From positions 156,488,001 to 156,552,000 of the forward strand of contig OZ024742.1 of NCBI GenBank assembly GCA_964016885.1: DNA of 64,000 nucleotides. Reading direction: 5' to 3'. Under the pieces are notes generated by a model. It ran no database searches and had not been told where the DNA came from. It was given only the letters and a program-made list of their open reading frames with translations. The translations under genes were made by a program, and so were the position numbers. The DNA comes from Eledone cirrhosa. Its lineage: Eukaryota. Shown here one piece after another: positions 14,651 through 28,778 of this stretch (within the stretch, counting starts at the first letter, position 1; every line of letters starts with the position of its first letter).

Positions 14651-17554
14651 TATATTTTCTGAGATAGTTCGATAGCGAACCTCTCACCTAACAAAGATCA
14701 TCGATTGTATCACTGTTGACTAAATGAATATTATAATGAATATTGGAATACAACTATTCGTTTGTACGTGTATCTATCAATTTAGGCGCAGGTGCATTGG
14801 CGAAATCGTAGCGTCCTCTCAAGGCCAAGCTCGCTTTTCCCCCTTTGATGGTTTGATAAATTAAAGTACTAGTCAAATACTCGCTTGATATAATTGACAT
14901 TCACACCAACAATATTCTTCGGTTTATGAGAAAATTAGGAAAGATACAGTTGCTATCGATCTGAAACACGCTAATGAGATACTTGCAGGTCTCTACTCAT
15001 GTTATATCTCAAAGTAACGACTCAAGGTGAAAGAAAATAATGATATTTCATTACATTATACCATGGAATCCGATATTTTACTCCCATCGTAATTTTTAAG
15101 ATGTCCAGTAACGAGAGAGTGAACCATCTACATCTATACACAATTTATTAAAATACAGAGACTCGACACTACACAGTAGTAATTAACATGTTCGAATAAT
15201 GCTTTACAGGTATTGAGTCAAATACGACATTATAAAACTACGACTTTTATAAACCACCATCAACATATATTTTTAATATCTGCAAGGTATATACCATAGG
15301 TGTATGAAAAGTATTTTTGTAAACACATTTCTCTCAAAGGAAGACATTTTAATATTTGTGGATAAGATTTAGAATGAAAGGAATATCGACCAGAATTGAT
15401 CTTTTTCCTATAAATTAAAATCAAGAAAGAACACTTCTACATCATCCACAGCTATGATTTTATAACCAAACAGAACGATGTTGTATTATGTTCAGCAAGT
15501 GAGTGAGTAGTGATGCTGAAAGAAATACATTTGCATATCTACTCTCATTGCCATAGAATGAACTTATCATTTCCTCAAGAATAGAAGTCCTAGCTGGACA
15601 ATGTTATAAGGGTAGATTTTGTAAATATTATGTATAATATATACACAATTTATTCGGAACAAACATATACAAGACTATCATGGACATTTGTCTTCTAATG
15701 TTTGTAAAGTTTGTTTGACAGCCAGATGCAGAAATGTGTGTTACAATTAATAGGAAGAATGAAACCTCTATCTTATAAATGATGCAACTAACAAAGGCAG
15801 CGAAACCAAGGCATATCATACCAGAATGTACATACGTGAATATAAAGCCAGGAGACTCAAAAAGAATATATTGCCCAATGTATTTGCAAGGACAATGCTG
15901 TTACAAACATTAGGGATAATAGAATTGATTTTAAATAAATTCACTACATATATGTTAATCCCAAGAAGATGATGACATTAAATATAGGTTTACATATAAT
16001 TTGTCAAAATAAAACAGTGGAGAAACAACTTCAGATAAGGCCATGTATCCTATGAATGTAATTTCGTAAAATTCAGGTAACATCCTTTTAACAACACCGG
16101 TACATATAAGTATGTAACCTAACTGCTAAGGTTTGGTGGGCAGTCAACTACATAAGAAATAATCCCTTCTTGATAACTTTCCGTTGCATCAGACAATCTA
16201 GTTTAACGTATGACAAAAAAAGGATACCAATAAATCAATCTGCACATGGTCGAAATTCATGGCCATATGTATAATTCCTAAATTGAAGAAAAGCGGGTAT
16301 ATGAACATGAAGTATAGCTTTCGTAGGAGTCTTGACTGTTGTGTCACTTAACATTTCAAAGGTTATGCGTTTGCAATCTAATATCAGGTGAGAGCATTAA
16401 AATAGATAATAAGCAAAATACGTATGTCATTATTCAACTATATTTTATTCAAATAAAACTATTTCATCCGATTTAGTTTGGAAGAATTTCGACATTCGAT
16501 CATATGGTGATCAATAGTTACGTAACAATTCTCTTTTTCCCAGGCATACTATAATGCGAAAAATATCGAAAATATATTTTTAATAAATACGCATAAATCA
16601 AGAAAAATATTATGTATTGAAAAATCCCATTTAAAAATGGTGTCAAATACATACAGTTAACCTGGATAACGTTAGGTGGAAAGGAAACTGATGTACACAC
16701 TTAGAGATCAGTTGTCTGGACTATTGTTCTGAATATTTTGTTTTAAATTAATGAGGTATAGTTATGGATACAGCTTTAAAAGTTACAGATTATATACAGA
16801 GATTATTAATTTACATTTATTTAATATAAATATAAGTTTCGTGTTTAGTAAATATCTAAGCTGCACGCTGGAATATGATTATCTAACAACCACTGTCCTC
16901 AGTAAATTATCCTCCAATCATTTAATGTATTGTTTATTTTATAATGTAATTTATTTACATACCTTAACTGCCAGTGAAAGTATTTGATTATTATATTCTG
17001 TGTAACGTTATTATAATATTTAATTGTCTCACGCGTTTTAAATTACATGATTTATTGTTCATTGATCGTATTACAACTCTGTAATTACATTCAACATTGA
17101 TTTGTTGATCTATTCCGTTGTTCGAAAGTCATTTGGAGAAATACTCGAAATGTGAATGTGAAAACATATTTTTTTTACACAAATTAAAAAAGAAAGAACA
17201 ATTAAAATATTCTTTTTAGAATATTTGTCATGTGTTCCACAGGCTAAAAAATATTCTCTTACTATTAAAAGAATTAATATTTTACGCATGATTCGTCTAA
17301 ATCTGTTTTTATCTCATTTGCGACACACACAACGTAATATATTTTATGTGAAATGTTGACAATGCAACATAATATATAGCATAACGAAAATATTTGATTG
17401 ATTATCCACAGTGTTGTTTTCTGATGAGAGAGATTGTTTGGAAGCAAACGTTATATATCGACAGTCGATAGAATTTTGTCAAATTGGAACGAGGAAACAG
17501 TGTTTCCATGGGTCTTTCCAATTATTAATACTATCTGTCAGTCGTAACTCCAGG

Positions 17555-17675
17555 TAGAAGGAACAAGGTGATATAAAGTCTTGTTCAATGACATAACGCA
17601 TCACCAGGTCTGGGAATCGAAATTACAACCTCACGATTGCGAATCCAAATCTCTAACCAGTCAGCCACACGCCTT
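17555..17675 (-). mobile_element. Second SINE family fragment (tRNA head plus CORE-like domain); related copy at 35930-36043
   Basis: Reverse complement aaggcgtgtggctgactggttagaga...gatttcgattcccag...tgtcattgaacaagacttta. Confidence 0.6.
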
Positions 17676-17784
17676 ATATATATATAAATTAGGCAGTAGC
17701 AACTTCTTCCGCCGTATTTGGCTACATAGAATTAGTTTGATAGTTGGGATCTTTTAAAAAAATCACTCTGAATGGAAAAAAAAG

Positions 17785-17862
17785 TATTGACGTAAATGGG
17801 TCAAGAACTTACATCTTCAGTTTGACAGCCTAATGTGTTACCACTAGACCAAAACACCACCT
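17785..17862 (-). pseudogene. tRNA-like head (GTC loop), probably SINE-derived; related sequence at 23530-23610 (+)
   Basis: tggtctagtggtaacac..aggctgtcaaactg..gtaagttcttgaccc; both copies end in tacgtcaatact. Confidence 0.35.
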
Positions 17863-18057
17863 CTGCTTTCTTTAATTGATTTTGAAGCTATATAAAGATA
17901 CCAGGTATATATATATATGTATATAAGTAGAGTAGACAAATACGGCGTAGGCACATGTTACTACCTACTTTTCAAATTCGCTAGCATGTTTGTAAACAAT
18001 GCCTGCTTTGTGTCTTCCGATTTATACACACACACACACACATATACACACACCCGA

Positions 18058-18106
<49 letters not shown>

Positions 18107-18137
18107 TATATACAGTATATTGTTATATTTTAGGAGG

Positions 18138-18245
<108 letters not shown>

Positions 18246-18284
18246 ATATTTATATATATATTTATATATATAAATATATATATA

Positions 18285-18353
<69 letters not shown>

Positions 18354-18892
18354 AAATGAAAAGTATAGAAATTGTTGTAGCGAGAAGCTAACAGTATTCC
18401 ATAACATATATGCGACCATAGCGTCAAAATGGGAAAATAGTTAACATAAGATATGGGAAAAATAATTCAGACTCAATTCAAAAGGAATCAGGATATAGAT
18501 TTATCCAACAGAATTTAGAGAAATCAAGGGAAAAATCAATAGAGCCTTAACTCATGATATAACAAAGTTTAAAGTACTCAACCTTCAATTTGGGACAACT
18601 TCAAATGCTCTGTATAGTCACGAAAACCTTCAGTGGAGATGGTCACGGTTGGATTTCGTTCATCAGCAGAGCTCAACATGGTAACCAAGGTCTCACTGGT
18701 AATATGCCAAAAAGGGAATTTAAAAGCAGGCTAGTTTAACATCATGCGTGGTTATTAAAATAAACGCACATGTGTAAAAACAGGGCTGGTGACGGTAGAA
18801 TGAGACAAATGTTTGTTTACATGAAACAACAGTCAAAAACATTCCGAAAGAAAACTCTACAAAAGGAGTTCAGCAAAAAGCAATATCATAGC

Positions 18893-19058
18893 GAGTGATA
18901 AATGAAATTTCGTTTCATATTTTCCGTTTATATATATATATATATATAAACGGAAAAATGAAACGAAATTTCATTTCTCACTCTTAGTACGGCTGTGACT
19001 TAAATATAAGTATGTATACGTACATATATATATGTATACAAACGTACAGTAATATGCT

Positions 19059-19092
<34 letters not shown>

Positions 19093-19319
19093 TATATATA
19101 TATATGTACGTATGGATTCACCGAACATATATTTTTATGCTCAGTGTGTTTGTAAACAAACATCCCGAATTTTTAAACAAACAACATGAACAAATGAGTA
19201 ACGATGATTGCTAGACACTGTACGGCTTAATTCGGGATGTTTGTTTACAAACATACCAAGCATTATAATAAATGTTCGGTGAATGCATACGTACATATAT
19301 ATATATGTGTGCATGTATG

Positions 19320-19394
<75 letters not shown>

Positions 19395-19440
19395 CTATTG
19401 TACGTCTTTACACATATATGTATGTATGTATACAAACTTA

Positions 19441-19479
<39 letters not shown>

Positions 19480-19485
19480 TATATT
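18893..19485. mobile_element. Family B fragments with inversions; hairpin 3' ends abut (TA)n at ~18930-18948
   Basis: aaatttcgtttcatattttccgttta(TA)n aacggaaaaatgaaacgaaatttc; second inversion ~19170. Confidence 0.75.
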
Positions 19486-19486
19486 G

Positions 19487-20169
19487 TTATAGTTTGGGAG
19501 CGTCATGTTGCCAATAAGAAACACAAGCACCAGATGATTCACTCTAATTGATTATGAGTTAAAAAAATGGTTCAAAACATTTTTTTTTAAAATCATTTAT
19601 AAGATCACGTTGGAGCCTCAAAAAGAACAACAACAAAAACTAATAGAAAACCTGATTGGAATAGCAACATCACAACTTACAATTAAGGACAAAATGAAAA
19701 CACACGCACATAGCACAAACAACCAACCAGTAACATGTAAATAAACAAATAAATAAACACCAAAAACACACACATACACCCGGATGTAACACATGCGCAA
19801 ACTAAACACACAACACACACAAAAACAAGATGGCGAAGGACAGAAAAATGGTGAGGCACAAAACAAAGAAAATAATCCCCAGTCACTGAAGAGGTCACAG
19901 AATGTGTGGGCAAAAGAACTTTGACAATATATGAACAACCGTCCGGTTGTGGAACCAACCAACCAACCAACCGGAAATATATAAATAAAAAAAAATAATG
20001 TTTTGTTTCTTTTTTTTTTTGGAAATATTTTTTCAATTGATAATAAGTTGGATTGAAAGCAACTGGTGCGTGTTTTCTCATTGGCAACATGACCCTCCCA
20101 AAGTATAACAATATCGCTTTCAACGTACGCTTTCAAGATAAAGAATCTTGCTAAACAAATTCAGAAACG

Positions 20170-20253
<84 letters not shown>

Positions 20254-20550
20254 TACTTCGTCTTTTAATGTTCTACAATATTTCTTATCTGAGAACGGGT
20301 GTTGAAATTTGGGAGGGCCATGTTGCCAGCAACAAACACACGTTGGTTTTCACTTCAATTTATTACAAATTTGCGGTTGGCTGGTTGGTTCGATGACTGG
20401 ATGGTTGTTTATATAATGCCAACACTCTTTCGCCACACATTATGTGACCTGCTCAACGACTAGGATTTAATTGTCTGTCCCTACTTTATTCCCTACTACA
20501 CCATCCTGTTTGTGTATGTTGTGTGTTGTGTGCTTAGTTTGCGCATCCGT
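19487..20550. repeat. Family D repeat, three partial copies in alternating orientation; more copies at 38640-38900 and 55090-55352
   Basis: tttgggagNgNcatgttgccaN at ~19494 (+), ~20083-20103 (-), ~20308 (+); attggcaatatgactctc at 38872. Confidence 0.7.
19882..19925 (+). ncRNA. Decayed hammerhead (family D); complementary relic at 20418-20460 (-)
   Basis: gtca CTGAAGA ggtcaca gaatg tgtgggc aAAA gaac TT tgac; the other copy keeps GAAA but has lost CTGANGA. Confidence 0.55.
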
Positions 20551-20644
20551 TAAATATTTGGTCTAGGATTCTTTTATATTTGATATATATTTATCATTAT
20601 CGAGACCTCTTTGGATTTTAGTCTTCACATTTATTATTATTACT

Positions 20645-21910
20645 AACCCACGTGTTTATTATTTTCTTTTCTCGTGAATCGTGGTTGTCTCCCTTTCCCG
20701 CTTAGTGACGCTATGATACTTCCTCAGTCAAAAGACTGCTGGAATTTCAAATTTGCGGTCATTCGATGCGTGAAGGAGCAGCTTAGCAGACACGATTTTT
20801 AACTGCGGTAATCATTTTTTTCTTATATCAAAGTTTAATGGGCTTCCGCTGAAGATTTATAAGTGCCCACCTAAATATATTCTTACATGAATATATGTTA
20901 GGTTTCTACATAAACTGGAATCATTATCTCAATTTGTAGAAAACTTATAATGAAACAATTGTTTGGAAAGAGAGATATATTTTAACTTTAATTATATCTC
21001 ATAAAATAATACAACTGGCTTTCCACAAAATACATATAGTTAGCACCCCAAACACTTCAATTGGGTTTATACTAACATATAACCGAATGTTTGTTGAGTG
21101 AGATGGTTACCAGTCGGAGTTTAGCTTTAAGCTATCTCTGTTATTGTATTAAATATTTTACACTTGATTTGGCCAGAGGTATTTATTTCCAGGTACCTTA
21201 TGAACATGACTTTCCGTATTTATTTCTGTTATGAGATATGGAGGTTTTTTGGTTGTCATTTCTCTGTTTTTAGCCTAAGAAAAAATATATATGCATGTGT
21301 ATATAATTACATGCATACATTTATTTTTTAAATTAATTAAGTTCTTAACACGTGAAATTGATATTAGTTTTGAAATAACTAATTAACCCGCATGTATTAA
21401 ATATTTTACTCTTAGTTTGGCCAGAAATTTACATTCCCAATCGCCTTTTAAAGCATAACTTTCTGTATTTGCTACGGTTTGAGATGCGGCACGTTATTGG
21501 GCTATCACTTCTGTTTATAGCCTAAGAAAATATCTATATGCGTGTGTAATTAATACACGCATACATTTATTTTTTTTAATTTCAATTGAGTTCTTAACAC
21601 GTTGGATTGATAATGTTTTTGAAAAAACTAATTAACCCACATGTTTATTATTTTATTTTCTCGTGAATCGTGGTTGTCTCCCTTTCCCGCTTAGTGACGT
21701 TATGATACTTCCTCAGTCAAAAGACTGCTGAAATTTCAAATTTGGCGGTCATTCGATACGTGAAGGAGCAGCTTAGCAGACACGATTTTTAACTGCGGTA
21801 ATAATTTTTTCCTATATCAACATTTAATGGGCTTCCACTGAAGATTTATAAGTGCCCACCTAAATATATTCTTGCATGAATATATGTTAGGCTTCTACAT
21901 AAACTGGAAA
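20645..21910. repeat. ~275-bp direct repeats 988 bp apart, enclosing a ~245-bp tandem duplication (21146-21640)
   Basis: ctcgtgaatcgtggttgtctccctttcccgcttagtgacg...acataaactggaa at 20671 and 21660. Confidence 0.85.
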
Positions 21911-22053
21911 CATAAGTATGTATGTATACGTACATACATATATGTATACAGACGTACAGTAGCATGTATATATATATATATACATACAGGCACATATATA
22001 TATGTACGTATCAGTTTAGCGAATATTTATTATAACGTTCAACCATCTGGCAG

Positions 22054-22108
22054 AAGGGTATACGGTGCTGACGATAGCTAACAAGCTTGAAACTAGTACA
22101 TCGTTCCT
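22054..22108 (+). ncRNA. Hammerhead (family B), GUA cleavage
   Basis: acggtg CTGACGA tagct aaca agctt GAAA ctag TA catcgt. Confidence 0.85.
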
Positions 22109-22259
22109 GTGTCAGTGTTGAACAAAAAGGTGACGTGGTTGCCTTAACACCTTACGGCATAAATCAGGCTGTCCGTTTGTTTACAAACGAACAAAGCGAA
22201 TGTTATAATAAATATTCGCTAAACTGATACGTACATATATATATATGTGTGCCTTTATG

Positions 22260-22315
<56 letters not shown>

Positions 22316-22696
22316 CATATATATATATACATGCTACTGTACGTCTGTATACATATATGTATGTACGTATACATACATACTTACATTTAAGTAAGTGCCG
22401 TACTAAGAGTGAGAAATGAAATTTCGTTTCATTCTATTCCAACTTATCATTTTCGGTGCGCCTGGTCGACTGAACTCACTCGATATGCAAATTAGGCTGT
22501 ACACATATATGTATGTACGTGTACATACTTATATTTAAGTAACAGCCGTACTAAGAGTGGGAAATGAAATTTTGTTTCATTTTTTCCGTTTATTGTTTTC
22601 GGTGCACCCGGCCGATTAACCCACTCGATATGCAAATTGAGCTACTCAGCCGTTAATATACATAAGGTAGGAATATACGTTCAACAATCTGGCAGG

Positions 22697-22751
22697 AAGG
22701 TATACGTTGCTGAGGATAGCTAATAAGCTTGAAACTATTACAGCGTTCCTT
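22697..22751 (+). ncRNA. Hammerhead (family B), stem III point mutation
   Basis: acgttg CTGAGGA tagct aata agctt GAAA ctat TA cagcgt. Confidence 0.75.
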
Positions 22752-23133
22752 TGTCAGTGTTGAACAAACGAGAAAGGATGGTTGCTAGACACTAGGGATG
22801 TTTGTTTACACACACACCGAGCATTATAATAAATGTTCCATGAATCCATACGTGCATATATATGTGTGCATGTATGTATATATATATATACATACTATTG
22901 TACGTCTGTACACATATATGTATGTACGTGTGCATACTTATATTTAAGTAACAGCCGTACTAAGAGTGGGAAATAAAATTTCGTTTCATTTTTTCCGTTT
23001 ATCGTTTTCGGTGCACCCGGCCGATTAACCCACTCGATATGCAAATCCGGCTACGTATATACTTACCTGATGCATATTAACGGCTGACATTAATATGCAT
23101 AAGGTAAGTATATACGTTCAACAATCTGGCAGG

Positions 23134-23188
23134 AAGGTATACGTTGCTGACGATAGCTAATAAGCTTGAAACTAGTACAGCGTTCCTT
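23134..23188 (+). ncRNA. Hammerhead (family B), intact
   Basis: aaggtat acgttg CTGACGA tagct aata agctt GAAA ctag TA cagcgt tcctt. Confidence 0.87.
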
Positions 23189-24369
23189 TGTCAGTGTTGA
23201 ACAGACGAGCAATGATGGTTGCTAGATACTACGGCTTAATACGGGGTGTTTGTTTACAAACACCCCGAGCATTATAATACATGTTCGGTGAATCCCTACG
23301 TGCATATATATATATGTGTGCATGTATGTATATATATATATACATACTAGTGTACGTCTGTACACATATATGTATGTACGTGTACATACATGTATATATA
23401 TATAAGTATGTACACGTACATACATATAAGTGTACAGACGTATAGTACTCAGCTCGCTGTTTCGAAAATATTCTTACTTGACATTAGAGTCGCTAAGTTT
23501 ATAGCTTCTAATTTGAATGGAAAAATAGGGGTGATCTGTTGTTGTAGATGTAGCACACTGGTCCGGATAACCAAAGATGTGGGTTCGACTGTCATGTACG
23601 TCAATACTCATCTATTTCCATTTTTCCGAGGGTTCTTAACCCCCTATCAGCCTAAATAATTTCTTTATTTTCTTTAGTCAAAATACGGCGATAGCTAACA
23701 TTTCTAATAATTTCAAATCACCTCGCTGTTTCGAAAATATTCTTACATATATATATATTTTATATCGATTGATTTGTATCTTGTTAACCTGTTTGTTTTT
23801 TCGTTACTTTGGTATTGTGTGTTAGGTTTTTCCTACCACAATGTTCAATTTGTCTAGCTATTTAAACGTATATATATATGTATATATATATATATATATT
23901 TGTTTTTCTCTCCCTCTCAATATGTTTTCCCTCTCCTTTTTACATCTCCTTTCTTCCAACAGTTTAACTTAAATAAACCGTTGTTTTTTTTATTTTCTGA
24001 CACTCATTTGCATACTCACTCATAACTTTGTATCACCCTCAATGAAATATTATCTCCACTATCCAGGGAACTTCAACCGTTAAGGCTGTCCTTTTTTCCG
24101 GGTATGTCAGTATTTATTCATAAAACAAATCATTATTTTATGTAATGAAAGTGCACTATAATTTGCCTTGTTTGCCTTTGAAATATATATAATAAAATAA
24201 TCATGGTTTCATAAATATTGTTTCCATTATTGAATATTTACTCCACTAATCTGTTGAATGCTTTATATCAGTTATAACAATTTTTAAGCTTGTTGTATCC
24301 CAACAAATTAAATATAACCTCTGCATAGATTTAGCTCCTTTATTGTTGAGCACTTTAAATTGTAACTGA

Positions 24370-24700
24370 TAAAAATGGAATTCTTTAAGATCTCTTCTTC
24401 TCTAAATGACATACATTTAACTAGGAATAAGGACTTCTTAAACAACTTATTGAGAAATTGGACTCGTTTATAAGGAGACTTAGATGGCGTGCTTTTCATT
24501 TTGATAAAAAGTCAGATGGAAAAGAAAATATATCCAACTTTGATAGGATCTTCAACTCCAAGAAATATCCACCTACCAAAAAATTATTAATGGAATTTGA
24601 AAATGAGATGATTTCAATCATACAAAACATTACATTTAAGAAAAAACATTTTGAAGGCCAGGATTACCTCAAGGGTCTTAAAAATAATATCCAGATTTTG
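24370..24700 (+). pseudogene. N-terminal relic of a Penelope-like ORF
   Basis: SFIRRLRWRAFHF...FNSKKYPP...LLMEFENEMISIIQNITF resembles PLE N-termini. Confidence 0.6.
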
Positions 24701-24839
24701 CAACGTATCCGTCGAAGAGATATTCGTTATACTAGAAAGTAAGAACTCGATGAATTTGCGTAATAATTTATTTAGTTCTTGTAAACATCGTTTAAATTCA
24801 ACTTTTATATTTATATATATATAATGTAATATATGGTCA

Positions 24840-25250
24840 ATCTTCCTTACATGACGTTTTCTATATCCAAACACCTATAAACTCATCCCTCGGGTTATAT
24901 CTATATATGATTAAATAATTTAATACGTTTCTAACCTTATTAACTTCCAAAATATATAAAATACACTTATTACATTTTAATTTACTCCTTAAAACCTTCT
25001 AATATTTCTAGTTCATAAATATACTTATATATCCTACCTCCAAAAAATATATCATAACATTTTTTATATGACTACTTGAAATTCTTTTAAAAAAGGGTTT
25101 AGAGAATCCTAAAATATTAATTTTGAAAGATTTTCTGAAAATTTTTGAAAAACTTTTGGTAACATTTTGGAAAGATCCTTTTGAAAGATACGGAAAAACC
25201 ATTATGTTCATATCTTCCAATATTTTAAACATTTTTAATATTTATGTATT
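24840..25250 (-). pseudogene. Decayed GIY-YIG C-terminus of a Penelope-like element
   Basis: ILGFSKPFFKRISS.H, KCNKC.L..LE, terminal RDEF...RKRH. Confidence 0.45.
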
Positions 25251-25367
25251 TTCATTTATATTATTTATATATATGTGGAATAATGTATGTGTTATGTTTT
25301 AATTATATGTTAATTATATAGTTGAATTTTTATAACTTTTTATAACTTTTTATAATTTCTTCCGTTG

Positions 25368-26131
25368 TTTACCATCCGATTAATTGGTGAAATATATTTC
25401 TTTAATGGAGTATATACAGGGAAGATTAATCATATTATAAGGTATCTATTTTTGAAGTTCTGGTCAACTATATTTAGATACCTACCTAGCTATGTGTGGT
25501 TACACACTTGTAAAAATTATCTCCTGTGATTATTCATGTTTATTTATATGTTAATCAATTTCTAGTCATTATAAAATGCTCGGACGAACTCGTTAGAATC
25601 TTAGAGCTTATTTTACGGGTGATATGGCGGATGTCTTTCTGGCATGACACACATAATTTTGATTTAGATTAAATTCATTTGATTTATCTTAATTTTGGAT
25701 ATAGATATATAAATACAGCTCCTTAATTGTAGAGCTAACTCTGTTGAAATGACACGACTGCTGTTTCTAGTTGTCGATAACCCTATTCACGCCACTGGGA
25801 CGAAGCTAGTATGATGTGTGTATTTCTAGTAAATACAACACGTGCTGGCCAATCGCTGATTTGAACTTGAAGTGTAAACACGGATTGCTGGAACTTCTTC
25901 CTTGTTGAAAATCCAAGTATCCACTTCTGTAGTTTACCATCTGATTAATTTGTGAAATATATTTCTTTAATGGAATATATACAGGGAAGATTAATCATAT
26001 TATAAGGTATCTATTTTTGAAGTTCTGGTCAACTTTATTTAGTTACCTACCTAGCTATGTGTGGTTACACACTTGTAAAACATATCTCCTGTGATTATTC
26101 ATGTTTATTTATATGTTAATCAATCTCTAGT

Positions 26132-26136
<5 letters not shown>
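25368..26136. repeat. ~205-bp direct repeats, 565-bp period, ending in (TA)n
   Basis: tttaccatcNgattaatt...cctgtgattattcatgtttatttatatgttaatcaat at 25368 and 25933. Confidence 0.88.
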
Positions 26137-26165
<29 letters not shown>

Positions 26166-27032
26166 ATAATTTTAGGTGAGGGATATTTAACCGTCGCAGA
26201 TTTTTCGTTGCAAAGTTTTATTTCAAACACAGAAGTATTCAACAGTAATCATCATGGTAATATTAATTGTAATAATTATAATAACAGAAACAAGAGGAAC
26301 ATCTGAATACAGATTACGTTAGTGTGGTTTCAGACATGTATATTTCTTCAGAATATTACAGGGAATGGAAACATCTGATTTTAGCGACTACATTTCCACA
26401 GTATAGCTTGAATGTTAATCACAACTTCTCTTCACGTAACTCTATCCTTATATATCATTGTTATATATATATATATAGTAATAATAATAATTGTGAAGTC
26501 TAAAATCCAAAGAGGGCTCGATAAGGATAAATATGTATCAAATATATAAGAATACTAGACGAAATATTTATTAAAATAACAGATTAAAGTTTAAGCAAAG
26601 AGTCGATGATTTCAGCCTTAACGGGATTTTCTGAAACTAAAAAAATCAATCTGTGAACGCAGAATTAAATATTTCGAAAAACGTTCAACCGAAGGAAAAC
26701 AGGAAAACGATACTTTGGTTCGTGAAGACGTTCCCTGGCTATGAATGTAAAAAAAAAAGCGATGATAATACGTCGCTATGCGGAGAGCTGAGAACAAATA
26801 CACGCAAAGGCAAAACCACTTTTATGGTATAAATGGAGTCATTAGACTAAGATTCTATTTAGGAAACCGAATGATTATGGGCTTCGGAGTTAAGAATAAT
26901 GTAGATAATATTGTTCTCTTTATGGTGAACTAACTGCAGTGTTACAACTTCTAACAAACTCGTCCCATGGACTGAGTGCTCTACCACTACGGATATTACC
27001 TTCCACTGTTCTACTTCTCGCTCTCTCTCTCT

Positions 27033-27081
<49 letters not shown>

Positions 27082-27332
27082 AAATAAAATAAAAGAAGTA
27101 AGTCAAATATGTAAAATGTTGCTTCGTTTATTATAAATTATAAATGTATTGCTCTATATATTTCAGTGACAGCCATTATTAACTGTGACCGAATTGGTGT
27201 AGAAAAGAAGGGTACCCATGTTGTTGAAGCGTGTTTCACTCTGTCAATACATTGACATGTCTAGCTCCTGGCCTGGGTGTGTTGACAGTCCTCCGGGGAA
27301 CTGGAATCTTATCAATATATATATATAAATAA

Positions 27333-27395
<63 letters not shown>

Positions 27396-28180
27396 CTTTT
27401 ACCTCTCTTTTACCTGTTTCAGCCATCCGGCTGAGGCCATGCTATATATATATGTGTGTAGGTGTGTGTACATGCGTGCCTATGAACATTTCTTGAGATT
27501 AATAAATATGTAGAAATACATATTTATTAATCTCAAGAAATGTTCATATTTCTTAGTGCTCTTATTAAAACTTGAAATGTATTCTAAGAGTAGTATTTCC
27601 ATATTCTCAATTAACCCAATCCCACAAACCTTCCTGCAATTGGGGTAACATGTATAGATGCACATTTAATATAAATGTTTCTCATCTGCTTACTTGTTAG
27701 GGGATTGTAATCTACAACTTTCGTCTCCGTAATCAGTCATAATGACAATTCATTCAGAGTAACAGAATTGGCTGTATGTACTCTCATCTTATGGTGAAAT
27801 TCGATAATTATTTTGAAGTTTTATGTAAAAAAGATATAATTAAACATATCTATTTATGTTTACGATACATTGTTAATGATATTCACGTTAATATTGCTGA
27901 CAAATTCTTAACTGCCTCAAAGTTCTATGGAGATTTCCGACATTTATAATGCGTCATGTTTTAATTCATACTGTAAATTTAGAATAGACCCGAATTTTAT
28001 TGGAATTAATGTATATACTCTGATGCCACACAAATTATATTTTGCCACTACATAGCTATTCGTTAAACTTGCTAGAATACAAGTAGTTATGTAAGTACAA
28101 GACTATATATTTAAAGCTAGAAAAAAGGCAAATTCATATATATATATAGAAAAGAAAAGTGAAATTTGATTTAAACTAAA

Positions 28181-28553
28181 ATAATTGTTTCTACTTTTGG
28201 CACAAGGCCAGCAATTACCCAGTGTATTATTGGTACTTTATTTTATCGATCCCATAAGGACATAACCTCGACGGGATTTGAACTCAGACCGTAAAGGGAC
28301 ATAACTAAGCTGGAAAGCATGACGTCCGATACTTCCAATTCACCGCCTTACGTTTAAACTAAAATAATTGTTTCTACTTTAGGCACAAGGCCAGCAAATT
28401 CACCAGTGCATTACTGGTACTTTATTTTATCGACCCCGTAAGGATGAAAGGCAAAGTCAACCTTGGCGGGATTTGAACTCAGATCGTAAAGGGGCGTAAC
28501 TATGCTGGAAAGCATGGCGTCCGACCCTCTACCGATACTGCCAATCCACCGCC
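28181..28553 (-). mobile_element. Two tandem tRNA-derived SINEs (28181-28348, 28363-28553)
   Basis: Both have A/B boxes; tttaaactaaaataat is duplicated around the first copy. Confidence 0.88.
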
Positions 28554-28778
28554 TGTATTCCAATTAATGACAGAAGATAAGTAACGACTGCATTGCATAA
28601 TAAAGAGAATATTTTGTAAAGTATGTGAATCAGGTGAAGTATTAGAAATGCAATATTTATGAATTGAAAGAATCAAACACTTCTAGAAAGTCAAGTGAAT
28701 GATGGCGGAAAAGTATTGTTGAATAGTTTAAGATATATTCAAGAGGGAAGAGAACAAACTCTATATTGAAAGAGTTTC

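Larger units (their letters stand above)
21912..23447. mobile_element. Family B tandem array (~3 units, ~440-bp period) with terminal inversions
   Basis: Three HHRs and three octamers in tandem on +; short minus arm at 21912-22035. Confidence 0.88.

Noticed and set aside
26303-26350. ctgaata...agacatgta with partial stems
   Set aside because: Both core segments are mutated; not distinguishable from chance
27200-27310. Short GC-richer stretch as a host exon (similarly 8560-8730)
   Set aside because: No recognisable protein or clear splice pair; unsupported
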